Positions 25,620-38,694 of a stretch of DNA of 64,000 nt are shown here, piece after piece. This stretch comes from Lama glama. Its lineage: Eukaryota. The translations under genes were made by a program, and so were the position numbers. The stretch covers positions 47,866,001-47,930,000 of the forward strand of contig CM052817.1 of assembly GCA_028534125.1 (NCBI GenBank). The letters are read 5' to 3'. The notes beneath the pieces were generated by a model. The model saw only the letters and a list, made by a program, of their open reading frames with translations. It did no database searches and was not told the DNA's origin. Within the stretch, counting starts at the first letter, position 1, and each line of letters starts with the position of its first letter.

Positions 25620-26057
25620 CTACTTAAAAAATCTTTTCTGGCTCCCCAGGGCTTATAGGATAAACCCCAAACTCCTTAGCCTAGTGTCAGAGGCCCTTTG
25701 GGGTCCCAGCCCTGCTGCTGCTCTCTACAATGCCTTTTGGCTGAAATGTCCAGCTTTATCCACCTGGTGAACACCGTATCCTCCAACATCCAGACTGGAT
25801 CTTCATCCATGAGGACTCTTCTCAGCTACCCAAGAAGATTTCATCTCTCTGCCTCTTTTAAGCCTATAGGACCCTGTGTTAGCCCTTGTCACCAAAACTG
25901 CTATAATTTATTTGATAATCTCTGACTCCTCAAGATGGATCGTGGGCTCTTTTGCAATCTCTTCCTTGAGGACAGGGGCTGGAGCTCCCTCATTTTTGTT
26001 TCTCTGGCAGGCACATCTCACACGGAACATAGTCGTCAATTTTTTTTTTAAATAAAT
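25620..26057 (+). mobile_element. L2 3' fragment
   Basis: TGGCTCCCCAGGGCTTATAGGATAAACCCCAAACTCCTTAGC...CTCCTTGAGGACAGGGGCT...GGAACATAGTCGTCAAT. Confidence 0.65.
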
Positions 26058-28714
26058 CATGGTCTGATCTCCTGACTGGATGAAAGAGAACAGAAGTTCT
26101 TTCAAGGATGAAAGACCCCAAACAGGTGGAATTTTAGAAGTGAATAGGTTACCTTCTCTAAGGTTGGTTAAGACAAATATGAAAAAGGACATTTCATAAC
26201 AGGAAGAATTATTAAACATTTTTACTCTGGCTCCCGTCTCATTCTGGCATTGCTTCTAATCTCAAGCAGCTCTGAGGAAATTATGTTTGACCACAAGCTC
26301 CACAAACTATTTCTAGTTTCTGACACAAAATCCAAGAGAGAAATTTTATATGTCACCTATAACCTCGTTCTACCTCAACCTTCAAATCCACCCTCACCCC
26401 CTTTCACTCTCTCTTCCACACTAGACAAATTTCCCCAGGGAAGAATGAAGATATTTATAACAGCCAAATAAAGAAGTCTGTGCCGGAAAGTTGGCCTGGC
26501 CCAGGGAAGTTTGCCTGCTTCCTTCCCATCATCCACAGAAAATTGAGAATGTGCCCACCTCCCAGTGCTCGGGAATTAGCTGCTGTCCTTTCTAGGTTCT
26601 CCTGCATCGTCTCTGATCTGTGAACTTGGGTGTCTACACGTTCCTTTATAAACATTTTCACAGACCTCCAATATTACATGGGCACAGCTCTTCTAGATAG
26701 AAAAGTCTGGGAACTGCATGAAAACTAGTTTCCTTTTTGGAAATAAACATGTTTGTGCTAAATTAAATATTTAATTCTTTAAGATACTGTTTTGAAACAA
26801 AGTCTGAACAATAGAGAGCTATGCAGAAAGCATGACAAAGCTAAAATGAAGGCAGGGAGATACTCTTGGGAGAATTCCAGAAGTTCCTGATCCAACCAGG
26901 GCAGGCAGAGGAGGCTGGCAAAATTGACAAGAGGCAAAGCTTGCCTTCTGGAATAGCTTGTCTCCTCCTCTGCATCTCCTGGTGCCCTCCCCCTGGCTGC
27001 CTCCTCTCAGGTGGCTTTCAGGAAATGATGTCATATTTCTTCGCACTGAAACTGTACCTAAATGTGTAACAAGAAGAATGAATTTTCCTCTCCTCAGGAT
27101 TTGCCTTTTATAGAAGGATAAAGGTCTCTCCAACCTCACTTTGGTTTAAACCGAAAGGAACTCTTTTTAGGGGTAAGCTAAACAGATGGGAGAGATGGGA
27201 GAGAGAGCAGACTTATCACTTCCCTCATGGAGGAAGTGGAGAACGCAGAGCTGATGGGGAGATATTCTCCGCCAACACTGAAGGACTCGGGACCAGTTTA
27301 GCCAAGGCCAAGGAGCCATCTTCAAGCATCCTACTGAAGGTGTAGCGAGGCCTTGCTCACTGAAGCTCACACTGACAGAAATGAACACTTTTTAAGGAAC
27401 AGAGGGAATAGAGGACCCCCACTTCCCTTCACCTTACTAATGCCCCAACATCTTATCTGTCACACTGTCACAAATTGGTTTCTATCCCTTCTCCTTGAAC
27501 GTAAGAGATCTGTCCCATCTTCCTAAGTGTGTTAGCATCCCTTTGCTTTATGTTTGAAATTTTCCCCTTTGTCTTTTCACCTCAGCTTGTCAAGGTTCCT
27601 TAAATCCTGTAATTATCTCCTAAATTATTACCTCTCTATCCAACTTAATGCCAACAACCGACTTCTAAAGGGAGAAAAATTTGAATGTGCTAACTGCATA
27701 AAATAAATCTTATAGTACTACCAGGAAAATGACAGCAAGTGCCACCTAATTTCCAGGACCTACGGTTCTAGAAATTTTCCTGGCAGCTACCAGCACGTTT
27801 ACTACTTAGTGAGTGGTATTATCTTTACCTAAGTCTTTGCTCCACACCCTGGGATGAACGGCTGACAATAAATGGCCCAGCTGAATATCAGTGCTTCTGA
27901 AAGCTTGTTATCTCAGCCTTCCCAGAGTCCCCAGGTCTAGAGTAAATTAAATTATAAGTGAGGAAAAGTTAGGCAGACTATATTTTGAATCACAAAAGGG
28001 ATTGATTGTTCAGTAACTCCCTCTTTTGGTCAGGAGAGGAATGTTAAAGTTCAGCGAGGGATGTGAAATAAATATATAAAGAATATTTAAAGAAAATTCA
28101 TTTTAAAGGCTTTTTAAAGACCCAAAGTAGCATCTTAACCTGTGAAACAAAGGCTGAACTTGGGCAGAGGGAGAGACGTGGCAAAGGTGACGGATCCCAT
28201 GCGTGCACCTGAGGTGCCCAGGATGTGTCTAAGCTGTCGCATATCTGGGGCTGGGACCTGGGAGGGACTGACATAGATGTTACAGGGGTTCATTTGCTTT
28301 CAGACCAAGGACTGTCTTGAGAATGAATGGTCTGTTGCCATGAATGTGAGAGTCAAATACACAAGCTTGGTTTAAAGAAAATGTTTCAGTGGCAGAGGGA
28401 GAGCAACACGGAGAAGCTCACAGAGCTTGCTCCTTACATAACCCTGGACCCTGCTCTCCTGGCCCTCTGTCTGATACCCAGGGTTACCTGTGCAAACCAG
28501 GTCACCAAAGCTGCACCATGCCAACAGGTGCTAGGATCCAAAAATAACTGGCTAACATTGGTTGTCAAGGTCTCCTTTTATTTCACTTTAAGCTCGCCAC
28601 AAAACGTCATGTCTCTAAAATGCATCCCAAGAGGCATCTTAAAATTCTTGGCTCCTTCCTGATCCCTTTTACAGTTACCCACGTGCCCATCACTCACTTT
28701 CCTCTCATCTCTGC

Positions 28715-28980
28715 TCCGTGCCAGCTTCTCACTGAGGCCTCCCTGACCATCCTACTTAAAATAGCAAAGTTCTAACACTCTCCCCACCTGCCACCCCTTA
28801 TCCCCTCTCTGTCTCATTTTTCTTCATGATTAATATTTGACATCCTTTGTTTTTTGCTTGCTGCTTATCTTTCTCCCCTCTTTAGAATGTAAGCACAAGG
28901 AGGATGGTAATTTCAGGGGGACTGGTTTTGTTCACCACTCAGTGTCTGGAATAATAAATATGTATTTGATGAATTAATCA
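28715..28980 (+). mobile_element. L2a 3' end
   Basis: TGAGGCCTCCCTGACCATCCTACTTAAAATAGCA...TAGAATGTAAGC...TTTTGTTCACCACT...TATTTGATGAATTAAT. Confidence 0.7.
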
Positions 28981-30749
28981 AAGAGTGGATTATTTCATAC
29001 ACTGCTTTCTGTCTACAATCTCATAGAATCATTCGCTTACCCTCAGATGACTCCATCTACCCGAATTGGCTACAGCAGGTTCTAGGTGAACTCAATGACA
29101 CCGGACTCATAAGATAAGAAATGACTGCCTCGGGTTTCTACTGATTTTGGTCTTAACTGTGGGATGAGGGATATTGCATTCCCTGAGCAAAAGGGGGCCT
29201 TAAAAGGAAACTGAGAATTAGGGAAGAAGTTGTTTCTTGGTCGGAACAATTCTTCTAGTTCTCTCTGCTTTTAATCCTGTTATGGTGTGGTACGTTACCT
29301 CCTCTTGAAACTGTTCTTGGATCAGGCTTCTTCTCTGGTGTGAATGTAATCACCCCAAGCATCAGTGAGAACCAGAATAAGAAAAATATGCATATTTTAC
29401 TTCGAAAATTCCCAGAATGACTTTATGACCAAACAAACAGTGATTAGATTTTTCTGGTTCTGATGCTCTTTCTCAGGATGAAAAATACAGAATTGCATCA
29501 TTAGGCCATTTGTCTGTACAGCATCCAGCACGGAGATGGATACCCAGGGACAATTTCAAGGATTTTTTCCTGTGATCACTAAGATATTTATTACATTTCA
29601 TATTTGATAATGTGTTGGAACCACAGTGAATCCAAGAAATACAGTCCCTTCTAAGTAGGAGATTACAATCTTACATAAAAGGAAAACTATTAACAAAAAA
29701 GAATGCATGGTTAAGTATCAAATAAGCCTATTGGCTATGTTCATTTCACCATAAATTTTTTTTTCTTATTATTCTCCTGTTTCTTTGACAGTTAAAGTTT
29801 CTCTTTTAATCCAGAGATCTAACATTGCTAGGAACCCAGTGGGTAACCTAAGTTTTGTTTCTGGCCTATGCCTGAAAGTTCAATATCTCTATTCTTAGCC
29901 TCAGCTTTGCCTTAGAATAAACTATATTTTAGAGCAATTTTAGCTCCAGGGATCAAATTTCGCTCAATTTGTCTGTTAAAGGAGGAAATTTATTTTGCCC
30001 AGCAGGTAGGATATGGTGTAAATTAATTAATGATCATGAAGAGCTTTTAAATACTGACTGAATGTTCACTCTTGTGATAATTAAAAGTGAAATTCGGTGA
30101 CCATAGCCTATGTCATAGCCATAGTCATTAGAGATCAAGTTCCATAGACTAATGGTTATTCATTCAAACTGTCCTTTAACTTTAACTTGTACAAGTTCTA
30201 TTGAGAAAGCTGCTTATTTGAGAAGAATTCTGTAGTAGCACATTTGCATTAATTAACCCTATCTAATTTGGTACAGTATGGCTCAAAATTCATTAAATCC
30301 CAATAAAAACTGTGCTTTTTAAGTCATGTGTCTCTTTTTCCAATGTTTAAGATAAACTGTTTCAAACTTAGAAGTCTTGGAAGAATTTCTGAAGATAGCT
30401 TCAAATTACTCATTCACAGCTGTTTGTGCCAGAATTTATCGAAGAAAATTTTTGTTGCCAAGTTAGGTTTTTCTCTGCCTTTGCAACGTGTTTCTTTGTC
30501 AACAACTCCTGTCACTCAGTAGATAGAATACAAACTAAATTTTAATACTATCAGAAGGAAAGTAACTAGGATGTTAGGACTATCCAAAAAAAAGTGATTT
30601 TCCCCAAAACCAAGTATAAATTTGCTTAGATTATCTACATTGTTTCTCTCCTTCATAGGTTTTATCATTAAATATTCACTGTCATGAAATGTTATCTTTA
30701 ATTGGGTTTCACAGACTGAGAGACTTAACCCTTCAAGGATAATCAGGAG

Positions 30750-30905
30750 CAGTGGGGTAGTGAAAAAAGCATAGCTTTGGAATCAAACTCTGTCCCTAAT
30801 GCCTAGTGAGATCTTTAAGAGACATTAACATTTCCAAACCTCAATTTGCTCGTCTCTAAAATTAACTTAATAATAACTTACAAGAGGTTTATGAGGATTC
30901 AGTCA
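30750..30905 (+). mobile_element. MIR fragment
   Basis: AGCATAGCTTTGGAATCAAAC...CCTCAATTTGCTCGTCTCTAAAA...GGTTTATGAGGATTCA. Confidence 0.5.
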
Positions 30906-30908
30906 GCT

Positions 30909-31263
30909 TGCTATATACTGAACGTTTGTGTCCCACAAAAAATTGATGTGCTAGATACTAACTCCCAATGTGATGGTATTTGGAGATGGGGTCATTGGGG
31001 TGATTAGGTCATAAGGGTGGCACCCTAACAAGTGGGATAGGTGCCCTTATAAAAAGACCCAGAGACCCAGGTGCCCCTTCCACCATGTGAGGACACAGTT
31101 GTCTATGAACCAGAAAGAAGGCTTTCCCTAGACACCAAATCTGCCAGCACCTTTGTCTTAGACTTCCCATCCTCCAGAAATGCGAGAAATAAGTTTGTGC
31201 TGTCTATAGACCGCCCAGTCTATGGCCTTCTGTCTCAGCAGCCCAAACAGACTGACTAAGACA
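30909..31263 (+). mobile_element. MaLR 5' LTR (MLT1A0-like)
   Basis: TGCTAT...CCCAATGTGATGGTATTTGGAGATGGGG...CCCCTTCCACCATGTGAGGACACAG...GACTAAGACA. Confidence 0.88.
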
Positions 31264-31960
31264 GAAACTGGTCCTAAGCAGTGGATGCTGCTGTAACAAA
31301 CACCTAAGCATGTGGAAGTAGCTGTGGACCTGAGTAATGAACAGAGGCTGGGAGAATTTTGAGACACATCTTAGAAAACCAACATTGCCTTGAATGGACC
31401 ATTAAGGGCAATTCTGGTGAGCGCTCAGAAAGAAAAGAGGAGAGTGGTGGAGAAAGCCTCAGTCTTCTCAGAGTATACCACAGCACTCCTGAACAGAACG
31501 CTGGTAGAAATATGAAGTCGCAGACAGAAATGAGGAACATGTTTTTGAAAACTGCAGAAAAGGTAATTTTGAGCAAAAGTGGCAAAGAACTCGGCTGGCT
31601 TGTGCTCGTGCCCTCATGTGTTGTGGAAGGTGGAGCTTGTGAACGGTAAACCTGCAGAACTGGCTTGGAGGGAATCCCTAAGCAGTGTTGAAGGAGCGGT
31701 CTGGTTCCTCCTGCCTGCTTGTAGTGTAACGTGAGAAGAGAGAAATGATGTAAAGACGGACTCATTCAGCAAAAAGGAAGCAGAACTCGAAGATTTGGAA
31801 AATTCTCAGCTTATCTATATTGTAAAAATGGAGAAGTGTGGCCAAGCCATCATTGGATAAGGAGATTCCTCTGAATCAGCCATTTCAACAGCAGCTGGGA
31901 ACTGCTGTCCAAGACCAGGGAAGAATGACCATGAGGGCAATGCAGAGATCATAGCACGCC
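31264..31960 (+). mobile_element. MaLR internal sequence (MLT1A-int), 3'-truncated
   Basis: Directly follows the LTR: GAAACTGGTCCTAAGCAGTGGATGCTGCTGTAACAAACACCTAAGCATGTGGAAGTAGC...GATTTGGAAAATTCTCAGC. No 3' LTR seen. Confidence 0.8.
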
Positions 31961-31989
31961 ATTTTGGAGGCCAGCTACCTCAACAACTC

Positions 31990-32120
31990 AGGTTGGATTC
32001 TGTCCATTAAAAGCCCTGTGAATTGGGGGAAGTTTTGTATATCCTCCCAACCTCACTTTTCCTGTCCATAGAATGGGAATAACATGTATGTAGCACCTGC
32101 CTCTTCTCACAGTCAGATGG
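31990..32120 (+). mobile_element. MIR fragment
   Basis: CCTCACTTTTCCTGTCCATAGAATGGGAATAAC core. Confidence 0.5.
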
Positions 32121-32559
32121 GTGGAGCTCCAAGCATGCAAGTGAAGAGGAGAAACAAGACAGAAGAATGACAGCATCACAACAGTGCCGCCATCCTGAGG
32201 TAGAAGCCAATGGTTGACTGCAGAAAACCAACAGAATAGTGTTCATCCAGTGAAGTTTCTAGGAGTGCATGAAAGCCAGGAATTTCAACAGGACAAAGGT
32301 TGGTGGAAGGAGCCACCATGGTGGAATCAGTGGCAGACCACCATCAGACTGTGTGAACAGGAGAAAAAAGAGCAGCAAGTGAGCTTTCCACATAGCAGTG
32401 TGAGCCCAATGGGGCCAGTCCTCAGAGCCAGACCTGGATGATGGTTTGAAAGTCAAAACCATCAAATATGAGTAGTTTTCTGGTTCAATTCAAAGGATTC
32501 CAGAAAGCTGTGTTGCTACTGTATATCATTCCCTGCTTCACAAACTTAATGTACTTAGG

Positions 32560-32705
32560 GTCACCTGGCAATGTAGTTACAGCATAGATTCTGACTACAA
32601 TATAGTTACAGTAGATCTGGGGTGAGCTGGAGATTCTGCATTTCTAACAAGTGCTCAGGTGATGTCACCGCTACTGACCTGCAGATCAAGTTGGGGAACC
32701 AGGAT
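32560..32705. mobile_element. hAT-Charlie MITE (MER5A-like)
   Basis: AGATTCTGACT...GTAGATCTGGGGTGAGCTGGAGATTCTGCATTTCTAACAAGTGCTCAGGTGATG. Confidence 0.7.
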
Positions 32706-33464
32706 ATATACCTGCTAATATCAAGAACAATCGGCACATTGCTGCAGGGCTTAGAAGCCAGGATCCACCTGAGAATATCTACTCGAAGTTTCAGGCTCAT
32801 TTCTCTTCATCCTGGCCCCCAGCTACTTCTTGTCTAATACGCTGGATAAACAAGTCCCTGTAGATTGGGATAACTGATTCTTCCATCTTTATAAAACAGG
32901 TTCTAAAAAGCAGAAAAAAAATCAAAAGACTAATCCTATACAAATAAAATCTGGTTTCAGAATAAAATGCTCATTCACACAGGGTAAACAGCTCATTCAA
33001 GTCTAAATGGTTCCCTAAATTGAACTTCCTTTTTTTAAAATCTCACATGTCCTTTCTGTCCTTGAAATTGGTTTGCCTCAAGGGAGTATGTGATTTCATA
33101 GAAGTGCATCACATTTTATGATTCTTGATTCAGTTTGAAGTTAAGCTAAATGTTTCAACGTGTCATAAATATTTAAATAAGACCCTCAAATTTTTTATGT
33201 ACACAGAAGTAAAGTATTCGAGTTGTTAATAGTAATTAATTATGGGTAGGAGTGAAGAATACAGAAAGTTTTAATTTTCTTTTTTGTATTCTAAATTCTC
33301 TATAAGGAGAGTGTGTTATTTTCATATAAACCACCATATAGTTATTGTATATGCAACTAATTTCTCTGGTCAAGCCACACAGTCATCATCCAGGTCCAGA
33401 AATGTAAGCTATATTAATTGGTTTTTACTATGCTTAGACACAATACAAAGAACTGAGGGTATGT

Positions 33465-33488
33465 ACACACACACACACACACACACAC
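33465..33488. repeat. (AC)12 microsatellite
   Basis: Direct observation. Confidence 0.95.
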
Positions 33489-34209
33489 AGAGTCCCTGTT
33501 CTTAAATAACGTCTAGTTCAGTCACTGCTGTTAAGTATCACAGGGTTCAGGGGAAACATGCTGACATCAGCCCAGCAGCCAAGGGAAGTCCTAAAGAACA
33601 AATCAGATTTGGCCAAGCAGAAAAGCAAAGAGAGGACATTCCAGGCTGAAGGAAGGACATGAGAGACACCTTCACTGCCTAATTTTTCAGCAAGTCTGAT
33701 TTTCAGGCACATTATCCTCATTAACTACTTGGTCTACGTCAAATTTCTAAGGGTTATTTCTGTGAACAGTGAATTTGGTTGATTAGACTTTGATGTTAAT
33801 GAGAACCCCATGTTAATTTGATAGCGGGCCAAAAAATGTGCACAGAGGAACCAGGGTGACGCGCCCTAAAAGACTTTAGCTCCAGCCTATAAAGGCATTC
33901 TGAGCCAGGCAGTCTTAAAAATTTATTCCTCACTGTTTCTGAGAGATGGATTTTTGAGGACATCTTTAGGAAAGCCATTTTTCCTGCACCTCCCCACCCA
34001 CAAACACACACAGGCACACGCTCACCCCATCACCAACACCACCCAAGATGCACATATAACACAACCTCGTGAAAACCTATAGAAAGAAAATAAACTAGTC
34101 AACATAAACCAGCTCCACTTCCGAAAGGAAAAAACAACTCAAAATTTTGATCCATTAATACTGGTAGAACAGCTTTGGATACCGCTTCCTTTAGTCACTT
34201 ATTTTACAA

Positions 34210-34810
34210 ACAGGTACCAGGTACTAAGGACTTAACCTCCTGAGACATGGTGTTTTCCCTCAGGAAGCTGCAAATCAGACCATGGCACAGTGCAGGAAGT
34301 TCTGTGATGGATAGATGGAGATGTACAGTGTGTTAGGGGCCCAGGTTTAGTGCATCTAAGTCAGCCTGGGCCTGGAAAGTTGTCTGGTTCCCTGGGAACC
34401 CGCAGAGGACTACAGACAAACTGCCCAGTACAGCTGGAGCCAAAGGTGAATGTAAGGGAGTGGTGGACCATAAAGCTGGAAATATAGAAAGAAATGGGGT
34501 CACAAAAGCCTTCAGTACTAAATGAAAGAGATTGAACTTTCTCCTTGAAAGCTGTAGGGAGCTATTGAAGAATTTTAAGCAAGGAAATGGCATGATTAAA
34601 GAGATCAATATCACAGCAGTGCGGGCAGATTGCAGGGAGGCCACACTGGGAACAGGAAATGCAGTTAGGGGGTTACTGCAGGATCCAGAGATGTTTAATG
34701 AGTTCAAACTAGGGTAGTTGTGCGAACAAAGTGGAAGGGAAGAATCCAAGAAATAGTGAGGAACAAGATATCACCAAGGATAACTGCCCCGACTCCAGGT
34801 TCTGAGGTAC
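34210..34810 (-). mobile_element. L2 fragment
   Basis: TAGGGAGCTATTGAAGAATTTTAAGCAAGGAAATGGCATGATT...GCAGTTAGGGGGTTACTGCAGGATCCAG, antisense L2. Confidence 0.65.
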
Positions 34811-36049
34811 TCGGTGCATGGGCAGGAAAATTACAGGGAAAGTGCTAATCTCAGAGCAGTTTTCAGTTGGAGTAAAAAGATGAAAGGAATGTTCATATAG
34901 GAGACTGAAGATGTAAGGCAGTTTGCTAGTGATAGGCGATGAGTTCTAGAGGCCATAATGGAAAGTTCTGGAAGGTCAGGTGGGCAGCTTGATGGAACAG
35001 GTTAAGAGAGTTTGGAGTTAACTGCTCATAGAAAGATAAGTTATCTGGAAGTCTTGAACAGGGATGTGGGCTTGATGTGGTCAGTCTCAGATGTTTGAAA
35101 GATGTGGTATATCCATGTTAGCCAAACTTACTTGACTGTGAAACATTTTAAAAATTATAGCGTACTGCTGGAACATCAAAAGGAGTTCATGAAATATGAT
35201 GAGCTCTTTGATCAAAGGTACTTAAAAATGGCCTTAAAGATAAATTAGTTGCTACAAAAAATGATCAAAAATCTTTTATTGGTGTCGTTTTAGTGCCTAA
35301 TAGAAAAAAAAATTAGATGAATCAACTACTTTGTTTGTTTTAGTAAAAACAGAAAAGAAGATCACACGAAATGATAAAGATAAAGCTCTGTCCCTGCACA
35401 GGGACCCTCCTACCACACGCCAGTGGTTTCCCATGACTCCATCCAATTCAGGCTAGGTATTTCTCCCCAGGGTCCCAGCCCTTTCCCCCGGTTGCTATCA
35501 GCTTTTTGGTTTCCTCAAAGGAAACTCAAGGTGGAAAGGCAGGTTTAAATTTAGAATGAGTAGACTTCTTGGAGTTTTGTACCTGAAGCTGGTGGGGAAG
35601 CTCAACCTCCAGCCCTAGCTCTAGTCCCCAGCCTGAAACCCCCTCCCCACTTCCCAGCCCAACCTCCCATTCAAATCCCCAGGGGCAGCAACGTGGTCTT
35701 CCTCATAAAAAAAATCACAGTCAGGCCCCTGAAGTGGGCTTAGGTGTGTCTGGATGGGGCATTCCAGAGACCAAAGTATCCAGAATGTAATTTAAATGCA
35801 GGGGGAAGGAGGGGTGGCAGGGGTTTCAGATCAGCCCATCCTCTTGACCCTACAAACTCCTAAACCTCAGAGGAGGAGCTCAGCTGGAGAAGGACCAGAG
35901 TGGTGTCTTCTAAAGTGCAAGATTCACAGCAGAGACCTTCTTGCCCAAGTCTAAGTGGTGGAGCCGCACCCAGAAGTGAGAAAGGACATAGTTACCTCTT
36001 ACCGTGTGCAGACTTCACCAACAAGCCACACACACAAAAAGAGGAACCA

Positions 36050-37050
36050 CTGCTAAAAGCAAGACCATGGAGCCAAAGTGAAGTCATCTCTCCTAAGCCC
36101 CACATCACCAACCTGAGAATTAACTTAATTACCCGGGTGCCTGCTGAGCCCCTTAAGCTTGCTGCTTGCTCAGCATGCCTAGATGGTGGGTAAGTCCCTC
36201 TAGGATCCTCGCTCTGCAGCTTTCACATGATGAACTTTCAGACTTCGAGCATTTCTTTTTCTGGACTAGGTCCAGAAACCAGTTGGAGTCAGACTGGGTC
36301 TGACTTAAAAACCAGACTGGGTCCAGAATTGAACTGGATCCAACTTGGAAACCAAACTGAATCCAGGATTGGACTAGATCCACCTTAAGCTAAACTGCAT
36401 CTTGTGTGATGCCTCAGATGAAGAAAATTTTGCTTGAAGGCTGAACAAACAGGTTAACCTTAGCAAAGATAATATTGAATTATGGTGGCCATAGTGGAGA
36501 AATCCTAACCTAGAAAGTTTATTCATTTATGAGGTATCTTAGAGAAAAGGGGGTCTCAGCCAAGCACTCACTGTTAAGGGTAGAGGGAAAATTATTTTTC
36601 CCCCTCTACAGTTTCTGGTGACCAGTTTGAGAACTGCTGGGACCAGTCACTCAGTCCAGAGCCTACAGACAAGATCCTGGGAAAACGGGAAGAAGCCAGC
36701 AAAGGGTGAAACTTCTTACCAAAGTCAACACTCCCAGATCTGTCCTACCTGACTGAGAGAAGAGGGTACAATTTCACATTGTCCTTTCCTTTCCAAATTC
36801 AGATTGGCAGGCAAAAAACGTTTGCAAGAATTAAATCTTTGAATTGTGACTCATGAATTTACTGCCAGGTACCCACTGGTAGTCAATCCTTTCTCTCCCA
36901 GGGACTGCTACTGTCTTCTTGTTTGTCTCATCTCATGTCCCGAGAACTCAAAGTGGCAACCATCACGTTTGGGTCCCACAAAATATGGCCAGACAGAAAT
37001 ATGGGTCCTACCAACTGTCCTCAACAGTTTTCTGAAAATGTTAGGTGAGT
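36050..37050 (+). mobile_element. ERV1 (MER4/MER34-group-like) LTR, leader and gag-start fragments
   Basis: AAAGATAATATTGAATTATGGTGGCCATAGTGG reads KDNIELWWP*W, like the MER4-group gag N-terminus. Leader-like TTTCCTTTCCAAATTCAGATTGGCAGG and TGGCCAGACAGAAATATGGG. Confidence 0.55.
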
Positions 37051-37849
37051 ATTGGCTGCCTGTACAGGAGAGAAGTTTTTTTAATGTGAACTAAATTTTC
37101 TCCCAAATTTCGCTCAGGTTTCTATTTTAAATAACCAGACCATAATTATATATCTGGAAATTCAGATTCAGGGAATATAAAATGCTCTTAATCTTTTGTT
37201 AGTGTCATAAAAGCCAAGTTGACAATATACTGCCTGTTCTTTCCAAGGACGTTGAAAGCTGTGGTCAAACTTTGTCCAAACAAACAAACAAACAAAATTC
37301 TCTAATGAAGTCTTGTGGTAAAACAGATAAAAAGAATGTGTCTGACTGTGACCTTGGTGATTTTCTCCCTAATTTATATTTACAATAGTCTAATTATCTC
37401 CTCCCTGGCTAAACTCCTGGTATGAGAGAACCTCTGTTTTCTGGAACTACTGCTCTACAGTCAGTAAATCTTCCTCTGCCCTCCACCTCAATTTCTCAGT
37501 ATGTCTTCCACGTTGTCTTCACTCGTGATTCTCCCACTAGGGCTCCATGTTCCCAATAGCCTCAGTGTCAGCAGTTGGGATTAAGGTCTCTACTCCCCAG
37601 TGCCACTTCCAAACTATTCTGCCCCCTCTCTGCTTTAAAGATAATAATATGTCTATTCTCAGGGATTGATGAACACAAAGTTCAGGAAGGTGGTTATCTT
37701 GGAGTGGGGTTGGCAGGTGGGTTCCAGGCTGTCTATTCAACTTCCCAATTTTAGTGTCAACTGTAGTGCCTCACTGATGCTTCATGAATAGCATAATCCT
37801 CCTCCACAGACTCATTCTTACTTTCCAGAAGAGGAACCAACTTTCACTT

Positions 37850-38680
37850 AGCTAAGCAAATCATAAGCCCAAGAAGCTTTCTTGACCTCTCCTTCTCCCT
37901 CAGACCCTGCATACAACCATTGTGTTTTTCTACTACATTCACTTTCTACAGATACTTTGAAGTCATCTGCTTTCTTCTATCTCCACAGCTTCCACTAGTG
38001 CAACTACCATCATCTCTAGCCTGGTCAGGTGCAACACTTGTCTCACTGGTCTCTCCACTCCAATCCAGAACCACCACCAATCTGCTCTCCATCCAGACAC
38101 CAGAGTATTCTTTTCAAAATACTAATCAGATTATGTCACTGCATAAAAAGCTCTCAGTGGCTTCTAAAATCTTGTAGGAAAAAACCAAAATCTTTAGAAA
38201 GCCCTTGCATTATCCTGTGTCTACAGCACTCTTACCCTCTGGGCTCCAGTCACAGTGGCCTTCTCAGAGGTCCTGGAATGTGCTACATGCCTATTCACCA
38301 TAGGGTTGCTACAGAGACTACTCCTTCTGTCTGAAACACAAGAACATTTTCCCTGCCTCAGCCCACCTCCCCCAGATCCCAAACCTCAGTCCATCACCCC
38401 TCTGTTTCATCATGATTTTCACTTCATCAACCCCCTATTTTCATTCAAACCTGATTCAATCACTGTCCCAGAAAATCTTCTTTGATGCCTAAGGATGGAT
38501 GAGGTCTACTTCTTGTATATTCCAAGACGTATGTTTTTCCCCCTAGAAGTATGAATTTTATTGATTACTATCTTATCAACTAGATAGGACAGAAATCATG
38601 CTTCACTAATTATTGTAGTTCTAGCAACTAGCCTAGTACTTGGGACATAGTAGACTGTCAATTCATATGTATTGAATGGC
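37850..38680 (+). mobile_element. L2 3' region
   Basis: CTTGACCTCTCCTTCTCCCTCA...CTACCATCATCTCTAGCCTGG...TCAGATTATGTCACT...CCTAGTACTTGGGACATAGTAGAC. Confidence 0.75.
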
Positions 38681-38694
38681 ATAGGATAGTAGAT

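Noticed and set aside
26761..26776. 16-bp perfect palindrome AATTAAATATTTAATT
   Set aside because: It is entirely A/T in an AT-rich context, so it is likely chance.
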